A stretch of DNA of 64,000 nucleotides from a virus. Taxonomy: Duplodnaviria > Caudoviricetes. Numbering within the stretch: position 1 is the stretch's first letter; each line of letters opens with the position of its first letter. Under the pieces are notes generated by a model. It searched no databases, was not told the DNA's origin, and was given only the letters and a program-made list of their open reading frames with translations. The stretch is from positions 314 through 64,313 of the IMG/VR virus record IMGVR_UViG_3300035516_000188; one strand, written 5' to 3'. This document shows positions 16,041-28,000 of this stretch, piece after piece. Both the position numbers and the translations under genes were made by a program.

Positions 16041-19000
16041 TTAGATTATCACATCCGCCTCTACTTTATCCGTGTCATAGACCGCCGTAATCACAAACAA
16101 CGTGCTTTGTCCGTAGACGTTGCTGTCAATGCCCAAATCGTCGTAGGATATTTCTATCTCGCCGTTGAACGCTTGGGCTTTCGCGCTTGCGTTCCATACA
16201 GCATCATCCTCAGAATAAGCCGTCTCTCGCGTTATCGACCAATCAACAAGCGAGTTGTCTACGTCAAGATAGCCTCTTTGGCACGTACACGTGACCTTCA
16301 ACGTCTCACTCGTGGCGAGTGCTGTCTGCCCCTGCGTGTCAATGTTGATTTTCAACGGCGCATTGACAAAGAAATTCTGCGTGCCGTAGTAATAGAAATT
16401 ACCTAAGACTACGCCCGTGCCGTGGAACTGCTTGCCGGAGAGGGAAAAGCCTTCAAGCACGCCGTCAATCTTGTAGATGTTAGCATCACCATACGTCCAC
16501 GTCGTCATGTTCTGCAAGCCAATCGTGTACTTTGTGGTTGAGTAGATGCACGATTGTCTGTCCGTGTTTGTGGGGTTGGCGTAGCACGCAAAAGACATTT
16601 GTGGCTGGGGGTGGTAGGCGTAGGGCCAATCATCGCTTGTTCCGCGTAGTACATATCTAAACAAGCTGTGCTCATCGTCGAGGATTTCCGTAATTCTGAA
16701 ATATACCGTGCAGAAACCAGCAAAGAGCATATTCATGTTACGGCTATCCTCGTCCTTGGTAGCGTTAAGCGAAGTGAACGAGTGGAAAATACCCATGCAC
16801 AAATCGTCTACATCTACTGCGCCGTACTGACCATCTTGTAAATGCAGCTTGATAATGCCGGAGTTCATCTGCTGCTTGTTGTCATCGAGGTCTACAATAA
16901 CTTCTTCAATCAATCCTGCGCCGTGTGTGATCCACTGAACACCGACAAAGACACTTACTTGGTTGTATCTAAGTTCGGGGACTTCAAGAAAGTCCGTAAG
17001 CGTCAAGCTACGCAGCTGCGCGTTTCCAGCTGAGTCAATCTTACCCCCAGAGCCAAACAAGCCGCCCTCGCTATATTTGCCGATATTCAAGCCACCGCCA
17101 GCGTTCACTTCGCCGTCTACGGATAAATCTCCGCCAACACCTAAGTCATAGGGTGTCTTGTCTACTGTGTCTTTGCGAAGATATTTCTTGTCGCCGACAG
17201 ATGTTACTACCTGCTTGATATTACTAAGCGCACCGACCTGCTTGCTGATAGCCTCGACCTCTCCTTGCAGCGTTGCCACCGTGCTTAAACTCGTCTCATA
17301 ACCTTCCGTGAGTGTTACTTCAACGTCGGGTAAGATGTTGTTCGCATCTTCTGTATCAGTGTAACTGTAAGTAATTGAGTTGATAACCAGATTTTCCTCT
17401 GCGTTATCCGTGAGCTGCTTGTTTCTGAAACGCAAGACTGCGCCGAGTTTGAGCTTTGAAAGCAACTTCTCTGCATCGCTCTTGCTGACAGCCTGCGCCA
17501 AACGTATCTTATCCAGCGTGAGCGTCCACGTTGGCTTGATGTCTTTTACCTCGTCAAGCTCATCTTGTTTGTATGCGTCCAGACGTTCCTCTGCCCAAAG
17601 AACATACTGATGCGGCATATCAATACCCGTAAAGAAGAAGTAATCCCCCGGTTTACCTTGTCGCTGCGTATTCGGCACAAGCAAGCCTAAGCTCTCGTAA
17701 TCTGCGTCGGACTTTTTCAGCGTGATTTTCCATTCGGACTTTACACCGTTGTACTCCTTAGACGTATCGTAGGTAACGTCGATAATCGTAAACTCGTAGT
17801 CCTCGCTTGTCGAGAGGTAGCCGGACGCGAAAACAACTTTGGCTTCATTGCCAACGTTATCGCCAAGAATCTTTTCCCATACGCGATTGGTGTACGCTGT
17901 ATCTTCTTCGTCGTCCGACTTCGTTGTGCCCCAAATGTTCTTTACCCAAATATCAAACGTGTTCGTCCATTTGTCTGAGGTATCGGAAACAAGCGTCATG
18001 GTGGTGCCTTCGAGAGAGGCAGTCCAAAAAGCCTTCTCCACACTTTTAAGGGTAATCGAAGTCTTTAACTTTCCAGCCGCAGTGACTATATATCTTCCAG
18101 GAGGTATATAATCTGTTGAAAAACCAGCATCAGCTGTGCTATATACATTACCGGACGAATCAGAAAAAATAAGCGTTAGTTTATCAAGCAAAAAAGACCC
18201 GCTCAGGCTGTCACCTGAATAATAATATCCAGATTTTTCTGGATCAAATATATTGTACGGCATATAATACCCTGCCGTTATACTTAAAGTATAATTCAAA
18301 GAGCCGTGATACCCTTCCGGTATCTCGACAGTAGCCGCTTTAAATCCTCCATCCGCATCTGGTTCTCCATTAATAATAAAGACCAAATCTTCATCGCTCG
18401 GAGTAAATTCTTTATCAACATCAAGAACAACGTCATCTCCACCATTACATATACCAGAATATTTCCACAACCCCACATCCACCGTATAAACATCCGTATC
18501 AGAAATGTTCTCAACAGTGTCCGTAGTAATCTGTTCCACTTCAACCGCCTCGTCCACGCGACCATAGGGAGAAACTTCTACGCCTTGAATAGATGGATAA
18601 ATATCCTCGTTGTTTTCAACAGCACCCCAAATCTCGCCGTACTTAGCAATGCTCGCGTCGTCCTTGACGTACTCTATCGGGTCAAACTTTAAGTCCGTGT
18701 AACCCTTCATGTACGCATCGGTCTTGTCTGCGTAGTCCGTTCCGTTGTAATGCTTAGCTTTCCATCCGCGAACGTAGTCACGGAACGCTTTGCCGCGCAG
18801 CTCTGAAAAAGAAATGTTCGCAAGTTCTGGAATCCAATCCGGGTCTGCCTCCCATGCCGTGTTATTGGGGTCTACATCTTTGTAATATCTGTAAGGTAAG
18901 TTCTTTTCGCCGCCACGACCCAACACAACGTTCTTGATGTCCGCATCTTGAACATTGCGCTCGATTTTAAGCAAGCCACCCTCAAAGTAGTTTTCAAAGA

Positions 19001-19601
19001 TGTGCGAGATTTCATCGACCGTGTAACCGAAACAGATGTAGTAAACATCCGTCGATGCGTCATGTGTGATGTCCCAACGAACGGCGTAAATCTCGTAAAC
19101 TTTCTGCAACAAGTCCCAAATGTAGGTATAACTGATTTCTACGCTTGTTGTCGCAGTGTCATATTCCCATGCAGGGTTGAGCTTGGATTGAATTTTCCCC
19201 TTAAACCAATAGTTAAGTACGCGATTAAGCAAGTCATTAAAGCCAGAAAGGTTAAGCGCAACCGAGGCAATATACTTATCTGCAATCGCCGTGCCGGTAT
19301 CTTCCGACGTAAGCTCTACAAAATAGAAGCGTTTTAACTGCCATACAGCCCAATGATAGAACGTCAAATCAAAGCCAGTGCGCAGCGTTTCACCAACAAC
19401 ACCTTGCGGTATGCGATACGGTTGTATATACTTCTCGCCGTCAAACTGCAACTCCCAATCATACGAAAAGTCGGGGACTACGCTCTCATCAATCTTGATT
19501 TGAGTTTCAATAGTCCTCTCCCCCATCTCGTTTTTCGTGACAGTTGCTTGGCTAAGCGTCACGTATGATGGTAAGTTTAGTTCTTTGATGTCGTTTATCA
19601 T
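16041..19601 (-). CDS. baseplate hub / Tal-like tail protein
   Basis: 1186 aa following a Dit-like gene; FEGGLLKIER and VLGRGGEKNLPYRY hub-like N-terminus. Confidence 0.65.
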   Translation of the reverse strand: MINDIKELNLPSYVTLSQATVTKNEMGERTIETQIKIDESVVPDFSYDWELQFDGEKYIQPYRIPQGVVGETLRTGFDLTFYHWAVWQLKRFYFVELTSEDTGTAIADKYIASVALNLSGFNDLLNRVLNYWFKGKIQSKLNPAWEYDTATTSVEISYTYIWDLLQKVYEIYAVRWDITHDASTDVYYICFGYTVDEISHIFENYFEGGLLKIERNVQDADIKNVVLGRGGEKNLPYRYYKDVDPNNTAWEADPDWIPELANISFSELRGKAFRDYVRGWKAKHYNGTDYADKTDAYMKGYTDLKFDPIEYVKDDASIAKYGEIWGAVENNEDIYPSIQGVEVSPYGRVDEAVEVEQITTDTVENISDTDVYTVDVGLWKYSGICNGGDDVVLDVDKEFTPSDEDLVFIINGEPDADGGFKAATVEIPEGYHGSLNYTLSITAGYYMPYNIFDPEKSGYYYSGDSLSGSFLLDKLTLIFSDSSGNVYSTADAGFSTDYIPPGRYIVTAAGKLKTSITLKSVEKAFWTASLEGTTMTLVSDTSDKWTNTFDIWVKNIWGTTKSDDEEDTAYTNRVWEKILGDNVGNEAKVVFASGYLSTSEDYEFTIIDVTYDTSKEYNGVKSEWKITLKKSDADYESLGLLVPNTQRQGKPGDYFFFTGIDMPHQYVLWAEERLDAYKQDELDEVKDIKPTWTLTLDKIRLAQAVSKSDAEKLLSKLKLGAVLRFRNKQLTDNAEENLVINSITYSYTDTEDANNILPDVEVTLTEGYETSLSTVATLQGEVEAISKQVGALSNIKQVVTSVGDKKYLRKDTVDKTPYDLGVGGDLSVDGEVNAGGGLNIGKYSEGGLFGSGGKIDSAGNAQLRSLTLTDFLEVPELRYNQVSVFVGVQWITHGAGLIEEVIVDLDDNKQQMNSGIIKLHLQDGQYGAVDVDDLCMGIFHSFTSLNATKDEDSRNMNMLFAGFCTVYFRITEILDDEHSLFRYVLRGTSDDWPYAYHPQPQMSFACYANPTNTDRQSCIYSTTKYTIGLQNMTTWTYGDANIYKIDGVLEGFSLSGKQFHGTGVVLGNFYYYGTQNFFVNAPLKINIDTQGQTALATSETLKVTCTCQRGYLDVDNSLVDWSITRETAYSEDDAVWNASAKAQAFNGEIEISYDDLGIDSNVYGQSTLFVITAVYDTDKVEADVII

Positions 19602-19643
19602 TGTGGTAATAGGTTTTCGTCGTTCTTCGCCCGCGATGCGACG

Positions 19644-20117
19644 TTACTCAAACTCACAAAGGCTTGGCTTGTTTACGCGTATCTTAAACTCGACTTCTGC
19701 ATAGTCGTATGTCACACCGTTCTTTATCATCAAGCTCTTTGCCGTCGTTATCGGGTAAGGATAACCAACAATCTTGTGGTGCTTGTAATCGTTGTAGAAC
19801 GTTACCTGCTTGAATACTTCGATGTCGCTTCCTTGCTCCTCCGGCTCTGACAGTGACTTATTAAACGCTGCAATTTTCTTGTTCGCGTTATCCAAGTCAC
19901 TGTTCTCTGCCAATACTACAAACTTAGCTGTGTAGTCAAATGCCTTGCGCGTAGTTTTCGGGTAAAGATTTTCTCCGCTCTGACCGGGGTACGTCGTTGT
20001 CTCAAAAGAGTTAATTTCAGCACCATAGACGGTATCTGAACTCTCATAGATAAATCCGTATGCGTCAAAGGCGTCTTTGATTTCTCCGTCGGCGATTTGT
20101 AATCTTACTCGTATCAT
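19644..20117 (-). CDS. distal tail (Dit)-like protein
   Basis: 157 aa directly upstream of the hub gene; position and size. Confidence 0.5.
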   Translation of the reverse strand: MIRVRLQIADGEIKDAFDAYGFIYESSDTVYGAEINSFETTTYPGQSGENLYPKTTRKAFDYTAKFVVLAENSDLDNANKKIAAFNKSLSEPEEQGSDIEVFKQVTFYNDYKHHKIVGYPYPITTAKSLMIKNGVTYDYAEVEFKIRVNKPSLCEFE

Positions 20118-20150
20118 AGTTTAGTTTAGGATTTAGTCCGGGTTGGATTT

Positions 20151-20513
20151 TTAATACCCATTCTGCGGGTCGCGGTTTTGGCACTTAGGTACTACGCATC
20201 TGTATTTTTGTAAGTCAAGCTGCAACGAGCCTTTTTCTTCCGTAAGTTGCAGGATTTTTGCGTTTTTCTCGTCGGTAATCTGCAATATCTGCGCGTTCTT
20301 GTCTCTAAGTACATTGGTCTGTTCTGCAAAACGCTCCTCTTTTTCTTTGAGTTGCTGCTGCAAAAACTCAATCTGTTCTTTGAGATTGTGAAACTCGTCT
20401 GTGTCGGCTTGCGCCTCTTTTATCCTGCCGTCTTGTTTTCGGTAAACCAAGAACTTCACAAATTCAAGTCCTCCGAGCGTCCCCAAAACGGTAATTAACA
20501 TCTCCCAACTCAT
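20151..20513 (-). CDS. holin- or i-spanin-like membrane protein
   Basis: Single N-terminal TM, long coiled coil, C-terminal CxxxxC. Confidence 0.5.
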   Translation of the reverse strand: MSWEMLITVLGTLGGLEFVKFLVYRKQDGRIKEAQADTDEFHNLKEQIEFLQQQLKEKEERFAEQTNVLRDKNAQILQITDEKNAKILQLTEEKGSLQLDLQKYRCVVPKCQNRDPQNGY

Positions 20514-20995
20514 ACCAACTCGCTCTCATATCTTGTAAATTCTACATTGTCATTACTGATAGCCGAGATGCTGTTGTCGCCAAAGATGTAAATCGGAACG
20601 CGAATAGGCTTAAAATACTCCTTTTCACAGCCGATAGACATTGTGCTGCCATTTGCAAAATAAAGCATTGGGATTAGAGCTTTTTCAGCATTAAGAGCCA
20701 CATTGATGTGCCCTGTACAGTTGTGGAAAACGTAAGCCTGCAAGTCATTAAGTAACTCTCCGTGAAAATGCTTGTCAATGAAAATGCCAAACGAGGCAAG
20801 TTCTTCTTTGTCAAAGTTTTCACGTAAGAATCTAAGTGACGGATAATTACGTTCAAGCGACCAATCTATTGTCTGAACGTAATACATAATAGCACGCTCA
20901 ACGTCCGGAAGTGTCTTAATCACTTCGATACCTTCTGCGCAAGCGTGATGCAAGCGCGCATCTCGCAAAAGTTTTTCTTTGAGTGCTTGTTCCAT
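20510..20995 (-). CDS. hypothetical protein
   Basis: Start reassigned to ATG 20995 (MEQALKEK), just downstream of the promoter at 21017-21048. Confidence 0.65.
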   Translation of the reverse strand: MEQALKEKLLRDARLHHACAEGIEVIKTLPDVERAIMYYVQTIDWSLERNYPSLRFLRENFDKEELASFGIFIDKHFHGELLNDLQAYVFHNCTGHINVALNAEKALIPMLYFANGSTMSIGCEKEYFKPIRVPIYIFGDNSISAISNDNVEFTRYESELV

Positions 20996-21016
20996 CGTAT
21001 TAGTTTTAAGTTGCCA

Positions 21017-21048
21017 CAAAAATAGAGAATATTTAACACCATAGCAAA
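21017..21048 (-). promoter_or_regulatory. Bacteroidota promoter
   Basis: TTTG, 20 nt spacer, TATTTTTG. Confidence 0.65.
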
Positions 21049-21061
21049 TTTTTATATAAAA

Positions 21062-21094
21062 AAGCGCGTGATGGGTTTGTGCCGTCACGCGCTT
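21062..21094 (-). terminator. intrinsic terminator after the endolysin/spanin genes
   Basis: AAGCGCGTGA / TCACGCGCTT stem followed by T-rich tract on the minus strand. Confidence 0.6.
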
Positions 21095-21128
21095 GATCGC
21101 TTAGGGTTGCGCACTCGCTTGCGTTGCG

Positions 21129-21569
21129 CTATCTCCTGCGCTTAATTATCCAAACGACGATATAACATATCACAACAAGAACAATCGCCACTGCGCAGAA
21201 TATTCCAAAGTGATATAACGACTTCTGAAACTTCGATAGCTCCTTCTGAATTATTATCGGAACATCCACTGAATCACGCTTTTCTATAAATACGCTATCC
21301 GTGCGCAGCTTGTCCCGGTAAATCGTTCTGTATTTCTCGATAAACACCGTGTCTTGCTTTTCTTTTACCGATATGCTGTCACGAATGTAGACGCTATCCG
21401 TGTTGTAAACAAGCCTATCTCGATATTCAACTTTCGTCGTCTCGACGGGGACTTCTTTAATAACTCTGCATGATGCCGTAAGCACCATGCAGAGAATACA
21501 ACAACAAAAAAGAGAAAATAAAGTGCGCCGTGTGCTTCCAGCATGACTGCGCAAAGAAAAAACATCCAT
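21129..21569 (-). CDS. candidate unimolecular spanin (lipoprotein with C-terminal TM)
   Basis: N-terminal basic plus hydrophobic signal ending LTASC; beta-repeat (DSV/DTV) middle; C-terminal TM followed by KRRR. Confidence 0.6.
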   Translation of the reverse strand: MDVFSLRSHAGSTRRTLFSLFCCCILCMVLTASCRVIKEVPVETTKVEYRDRLVYNTDSVYIRDSISVKEKQDTVFIEKYRTIYRDKLRTDSVFIEKRDSVDVPIIIQKELSKFQKSLYHFGIFCAVAIVLVVICYIVVWIIKRRR

Positions 21570-21571
21570 GA

Positions 21572-22021
21572 TTAGTCGTATTTTCCAAAGTAAAAATCAG
21601 CTTCAAACTTCCTGCGCCGTGCAAGCCCTGCAACGACACGACCACAAGATTTATCCCATCGCAAGAACTCATTGCGAAGCTCCGGATTGTTAGGGTTTTT
21701 AAGCAGAATATAAAGCAGCGAAGAGCCTTTGAGAGCAAACAGACCGACGTTGAAAGAGAACGATACAAGCGCGTCAAACTGACTCTGTGTTATTTTCACA
21801 GACTTTGTAAGGTTCGCTACACCAGTTTCAAATCTACCAAGGTCGGAATTGAATAACTCGATAGCTTTTTGAGCCGTGATTTTCTGATCAACGCTGACAT
21901 CGCTCCCGGTATGCCCATAACCTATTGTTAAGACACCCGCTGCGTCTTTGTAAGCTGTAAGTTTGCAGCCCTCAAACTGACGCATATACATCTTCATTTT
22001 TTCGCTTGTTTTCATAAGCAT
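21572..22021 (-). CDS. endolysin, GH24 phage lysozyme
   Basis: FEGCKLTAYKDAAGVLTIGYGHT catalytic E-x8-D-x5-T motif; QFDALVSFSFNVG; GLARRRKFEA. Confidence 0.9.
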   Translation of the reverse strand: MLMKTSEKMKMYMRQFEGCKLTAYKDAAGVLTIGYGHTGSDVSVDQKITAQKAIELFNSDLGRFETGVANLTKSVKITQSQFDALVSFSFNVGLFALKGSSLLYILLKNPNNPELRNEFLRWDKSCGRVVAGLARRRKFEADFYFGKYD

Positions 22022-22041
22022 TAGGTTTATTTTATTACTGT

Positions 22042-22063
22042 GGGTGGGGACTGCTCCCCACCC
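22042..22063. terminator. GC hairpin after the tape measure gene
   Basis: GGGTGGGGA-CTGC-TCCCCACCC perfect 9-bp stem. Confidence 0.5.
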
Positions 22064-22075
22064 GGTTTGTTTAGG

Positions 22076-25000
22076 TTAGTTAGTCGTCAAAACGTAAGTC
22101 GTCTGTACACCGCGCTGCTTGATAACCTTGCCAAGCAATCCTGCCATGCTTTCGCAAGCCACCGCAGCTCTCTCACAGCGGTCTACCGTTGCTTGCGTGT
22201 TCGCTGCAATCTGCGGCAAATAAGCCAAATGCTCGTTCTGCAATTTCACCAAGTCAAGATACTCCGTGCTGATAGCCGGAACGGTCGGGTCGTAGTTAGC
22301 ATTGCCACCGAGCAAAGATACAATTTTTGCGGTTTGTTCGGCAATATACGGAACATAAGAGATATAATAGTTCTGCGTATTGATACCTGCTGCCAAGCCG
22401 TTGATGCTTTCCTCGCTCGCCGTAGCAATGTCGCGCGAGATGCCCGTGAGGTCTGTATCTGAATCGCGCAAGCTGATGCCATACTTTTCGAGATACCTTG
22501 CAGCCATGTCAGATGCGTTCACCATGCCAGTGGTCTGTTCATCCATCATTTCAAGTAAGTTTTTCCACCACTCTTCGTTGTACTCATAACCAACTGTCGC
22601 GCTATCAATGTAATCAAAGATAGGCTGCAACTGCTTCTCCATAATCTTTGAAAATATCGAGTTTACGACCATGTTGTTAATCATGTCCTTAAACTTCGAC
22701 TTAATCGCGTCAGTGGTGTTCGAGAACGACGCATAAGCATCCAGCCAAGCCTCCGCAAAGTCCGTCGCAGCAGAACCGATGTCGTTTCCGGTCAAGAACT
22801 CCGAAAACTTTGTTTCAAGTTTATCCAGTTCTTCTTGCGCATCTTTCATGCTTTCGATGTAACTGTTATAAGCGGACTTATCCATGTCCTTGCCTTTGGC
22901 TTTCTCCGCCTCCGCTTGTTTTCTGTAAGCCTCGACCTCTTGTTCAAGTAGATTTCTCTGCTGTTCCAAGTCGGTAAGATAGTCCGAGCCAAATGCCTTG
23001 TTCATCGCATCTTCGAGATTGTTGTACGCGCGCTGCAAATCACTAAGTAATTCAGACTGACGCTCAATCTCGTCGTTGTACTCTTTAAGACGCTTCTTGC
23101 GAGAGTAAGAGAACATCGTAGTAACAGCCGAAACCACTGCGGCAATAACAAGCATCCACCAACAAGCGGATTCGATAGCAACGACTATCGCCAGCGTCGC
23201 AGTAAGCACTGTGTTCACGGTTTCAAGCGATTCCGTCCAACTGTCTATCATCATGCCAAGCTCGCTGTCTTCGGCGACACCGAAAGCGTCAGCAATAGAC
23301 TTAGCACTGTTGGCAAGACCCTGCATGAATGCAATAGATGCTTCTGTGGATTCCTTGAACTTCTTTACAGCCGCTAATTTATCATCTTCCGCTTCGGACT
23401 GTTGCTGTTCAGCATCTGTAACACCTTTCCCGGCTGCCTGCAACTCTTTTTCTGCCGCCGCAAGTTTCTCTTTAAGGTCAAGCAACTCGTCAGTCAAGCC
23501 AAGCTGTTTTTCAATGTTTGCTCCGTCTGTTGTTTCTGCAAGCTGTATCTCTTCCTCTTTTGCGGCGATGTCGTCTTTGAGGTTAGCAATCTTTTGGTCA
23601 ATCGGAATACGCGCTTGCGAGAACTTTTTCTGTTCAGACAAGAGTGTTCTGTGTGCCGTGCGAGCATCTTTTACAGCATTGACATACTCTTTAATAGACT
23701 GACCCATCGCTTGGAACGGATTGCGCGAGTTGAGCTTGTTTTGCAGCTCTTCCAAACTGTTCACAAGTTCTTTAAGGCCAGTAATATCTTCCGTCCCTTG
23801 TTTTGCGGCAATAAGTTCTTTGAGCTTAGCAATTACTCGCTTGATTGTTGCCGTAGAAACCTTCTCCAAGTCACCAAATGCCTTGATATAATCATTCGAG
23901 TTTTTGAAAATCTCCACATCAAGTTTCGACAGCTGCTGCATCTCGCGGTCATAAGAAAGGTTCATAAGGTTAATCTTCTCTGTGTCCGAAAGATTTGTAT
24001 TCTCCATGATTTCCTTTCGCCGCTGCTGTTCCTCGCGGATAACATCCGTCTCCTGCTGTTCGAGGCTTTTAGCCTTTTCAAGCTCCTTGTACCACGTCTG
24101 AATTTTCGCAGCGGATTCTTTAATACCGTTCTGCACCAACGTCTTAGCCAAGTCCTTGTTGCCCTCAATGAGCTTGTCCTTGTAGTCGTTGTAGATACGC
24201 AACAATTTAGAGTAGTCTACCTTGCCAGTCTTTGGGTCGATGGCTTGCTCAATCGGGATAGTCACGCTCTCATCGTTCGACTGAAACGCCGTCTGAATCT
24301 GCTCGACAATCTCCCGCTGCAAGTCGTCACCAGTACCGCCGTAGATAGATAGCGTCAAGTTTGCTGCAAGCGAGTAGTCATGCGTCTGCTCAAAAATCTT
24401 GTCGTAGAAGTCCTTTGCGGCTTTCGACTGCGCGATTTGCTCGGAGAGGGTTTTTAGCTTGGATTCCATGTCTTTCTGCAACTTATTAGTGCGGAAATCC
24501 GTCTGAGCATTAAACAACTCCTGCAAAAGCTCTTGATACTTTTTAATCATCCGGCTCTTTGTGTCCTTAGCCAAGATAGCCTGCACCCCAAGACCTTCCC
24601 AAAGCTTTCCACCCATCTTGTAGATACGCTTCTTTACTTCGGCAATAGCCTCGTCGTACCAGTCGACCAACTCCTGACGTGTACCATCGAGCGTCTTTAC
24701 GTCAATTCCAAGCGATGCACCACGGTAGGTCATGATGTCTTGTTCTTGCCCAAGCGCCATGTTTTTCTGCATCGTCTTGTTCAAGTTTTCAACGCCTGCT
24801 TGGAAATCCTTCATGAACGCAGAGCGGTTTTTCATTAGGATAATCCACGGATCTTCACCGGAGCCACCGTGACCGTTATCTAACAAGTGAAAATTATAAC
24901 GTTCTCCAAGCTTTGCCCATTCGTCAGACGCTTTGTTAAGCCATTCAACGAAATCGCTTATCTGCTTGTTTGCGGCGATTGCTGCAACGTTCTCTTGCAG

Positions 25001-28000
25001 TGCGTATTTCAAGCCTTCACGCTTCATCAGCAATGCAGCGTATTCCTTGTTATTGGTATCACCAAGCAACCTGTCGATATTCTCCTGAATACGCTCTCTT
25101 TGGTCTTGCGTTACGGCAAGCGCCATCTCACGCTGCAAAGACGTGTACTGCAATGCAACGCCGTTGAAACGTGCGTCGTTGATTGCGGTTTCAGTATCGG
25201 CAAGCTCTTTTTTCTTTTCCGCTTGCTCTTCGTCAAGTCTTGCTTGCTCTGCCGCAATCGTAGCATCGTTGATACCAACCGCTGCAATCTTTTTCTTGTC
25301 TTCCTCGATTGATTTTGTCGTAGACGCCCATTTGTCGTAGAGGGCAACTACGTCGGTCGTGTTCTGCAAGTCGCTTTCTGAAATCTTGTATCTTGAAATA
25401 TAATCAGGGTCAATAATACCCTCCTTTTTGTTAATCATCAATCCTCCAAACGTTCCTTGTACATCCTTCGCCAGCGACGAAAGTCCCAACTGTGTTACAC
25501 GCTCCTTAGCTGCGTTAGCAGCATCATACTCGGCCTCGGCAAGTTCTTTGACTTTCTTAATCTGCTTGTCGTACTCGGAGTTGGCGTTGATGAGCGCAGT
25601 AATCTGCGCTTGTTTTGTTTTTACAACACCTTCGCCGATGTCTTTCAGTTCAAGCTCCAAAGAACACATCTCCTCGTTCTGTTCAACTGAAAGCTCTCCA
25701 CCGAGTGCTTGCAGTTCTGCGACGCGCTTACGCTTGTTTTCAATCTCCAAGATTTCATCGGAAAGCTGATTAACTTTTGCAAGGCGCGTCTCGTACTCCT
25801 TCGAGCCGTATGTCACGTTGTTCTGCATGATTTTTACAGCCTTCAAGCTCTTTTCTGCCGTGTCAAGCTTTCCTGCAATCGCAGCAATAATCTCGTCAGC
25901 AGAATTAAGCGAGCGCATATCGTTCTCAGTAAACAACGTCGGGAACTCTGACGTAATAATCGCTTTGATACCCTCAACGACCGCACCCATCGCCTCCGTG
26001 TTGACCGTCGGGATGATTTCAAGGTTGGCCCTCAGACGCTCTTTGTTGATAGCCTCAATGACAGCTTCCTTCTTCCAATCTTCCCATTCTTGCTCGGCTG
26101 CAACCTCGTCGATAGACATACGGATGGTCAACGGCTCTTCCTCGCTGTAAATATCAACGTACTTCTTAATCTCGTTCATAACCTCATTAAGGTCACGCTC
26201 GAAATCGTTCATCGTTACGCCACCCTCAAACGTCTTATTCATGAACGCCGTAGTGATTCGGTTAATCTCGTTGTAGTTAGCAATGATTCGCTTTGTGTAC
26301 TGATACTCGGATTCATTTCTTCGCTTCTGAGAGATGGCCAACTTTGCGTCTACGCCGATTCTCTGAGATAACATTTTGTATGAATCCAAGTCGGTAGCTT
26401 TCAAGTTATCAACGTAAACTCGCATACGCTCCAAGTCGTCAGAAAAATCCTTGTTTACGGTGAGCTTAGACCAAGAACGTGACAGGTCTTTCATATCCTC
26501 GGCCAAGTTTTCTCCAAAGATTGCCCAACCCATAATCTCACCCTGATACTCCGTGTTGGCAAGCGCGATACCCATAGCGATTTTTTTCGTAAGGTCGTTG
26601 ACTTCTTTAAGCTTAGCTATCCACTTATCAACAACCTCGTCAATATTATCCTTGTCAAGTACCGAAACATCAATCTGATACTTCAATCCGAACTTATCAA
26701 GAATCTTCAAAATTTGCTGTAACTGCTCGCGCTTGTCCTTAAAGTTGGCCGCTGCAAACTCTTCCTCAGTCTGTGTCGCTGCTTTTGTGGCCACTTTGAG
26801 CGTATTGTATGCCGCCTCGATGCGGTCAAGCTCCAACTGCGTTTCTTTGTATCGGTCGTTGACCTTCTTGATGGCTGCTTCGCGGTCGGCGGATGCTTTG
26901 TTGTAGTCAGCTATTAGCTCGAAGCCGGCTGTAAGCACGGCAATCGGCCAAAATGTCTTTAGCGCTGTTCCGACTTTTTTCAACGTGTACCACAAACCTA
27001 CAAATTTTGCTTGAACATTGGCTGCCAAAACCTGCACCTTATTCATGCCCTGAATCTGCGCAAGCTGCTCTCTTGTATAAATTTTCTGAGCAATAAGCGC
27101 CTCCGCAAGTGCTCGTTTTTCTTTTGCAAGACGTGCAACTCTGATGCCAGTCGCGGAGTTAATCTTGTTTCGGACAATATACTCCTCCCACTCTGCCTGC
27201 GTTAACTCTGTTTCACGAGCAATCGCCAAAACCTGTTCAAGTCGTAGCTTTGTGTATAAGCTAGTCTTTCGAGCTATCTCTGCATTGTGGCGTTTCTGAG
27301 CCAAAATGTCGTTGTACGCCTGCTTTGATTGCAGATTGTAAAGAGGCACCAGCCCGTTCATCGCCGCCTTATAAGTCAAGAAACCAATAGTGCTCGTTTG
27401 AATAATGCTCGCCAGCGCAGTCCAGTGATTCATCAAGTCAGAAATGGCTTGAATCATCGACTTCATCGCAGAATTTATTTCGGCTGTATTACCGATTTCG
27501 TTGTACATAATGCTTGCAGCATCGCCCAGCTTCGCCCACATACCGTAGAGCGTCTGTGACTGCTTTTCCTGCATATTGTAGAACATACCTCCGGCATCGG
27601 TCATATCCTTGAATATCTCCTCGACCATTCCAAAAGAAACAAGTCGCTTAGATACTCTATCCATAACCTGCTCGGCAGAAACCGTTCTACCTTCAAGTAG
27701 CGTGAACTTCTCTGCAAGTAACTCAACAAGCGGAATACCAGCCTCCGTTGCTTGTCTGATTTCTGAGGCGCGCAAATAACCTGCTGCTTTCACCTGACCA
27801 TAGAACAGCACAAGTCGTTGCATATCTACACCCAAACCGACAGAAACATCTGCCAGTCGCTTAGTCGTGTCAAATAGTTTATCCGTCTCGATACGATATG
27901 CGGCAACCTGCTTGGTGTAAGTCACCAAGTCCATAATCTTCAACGGAGATTTGAGCGCGAATGCTTTGATGTCCGCAAAGAGTGAGTTTGCCTTAGTTTG

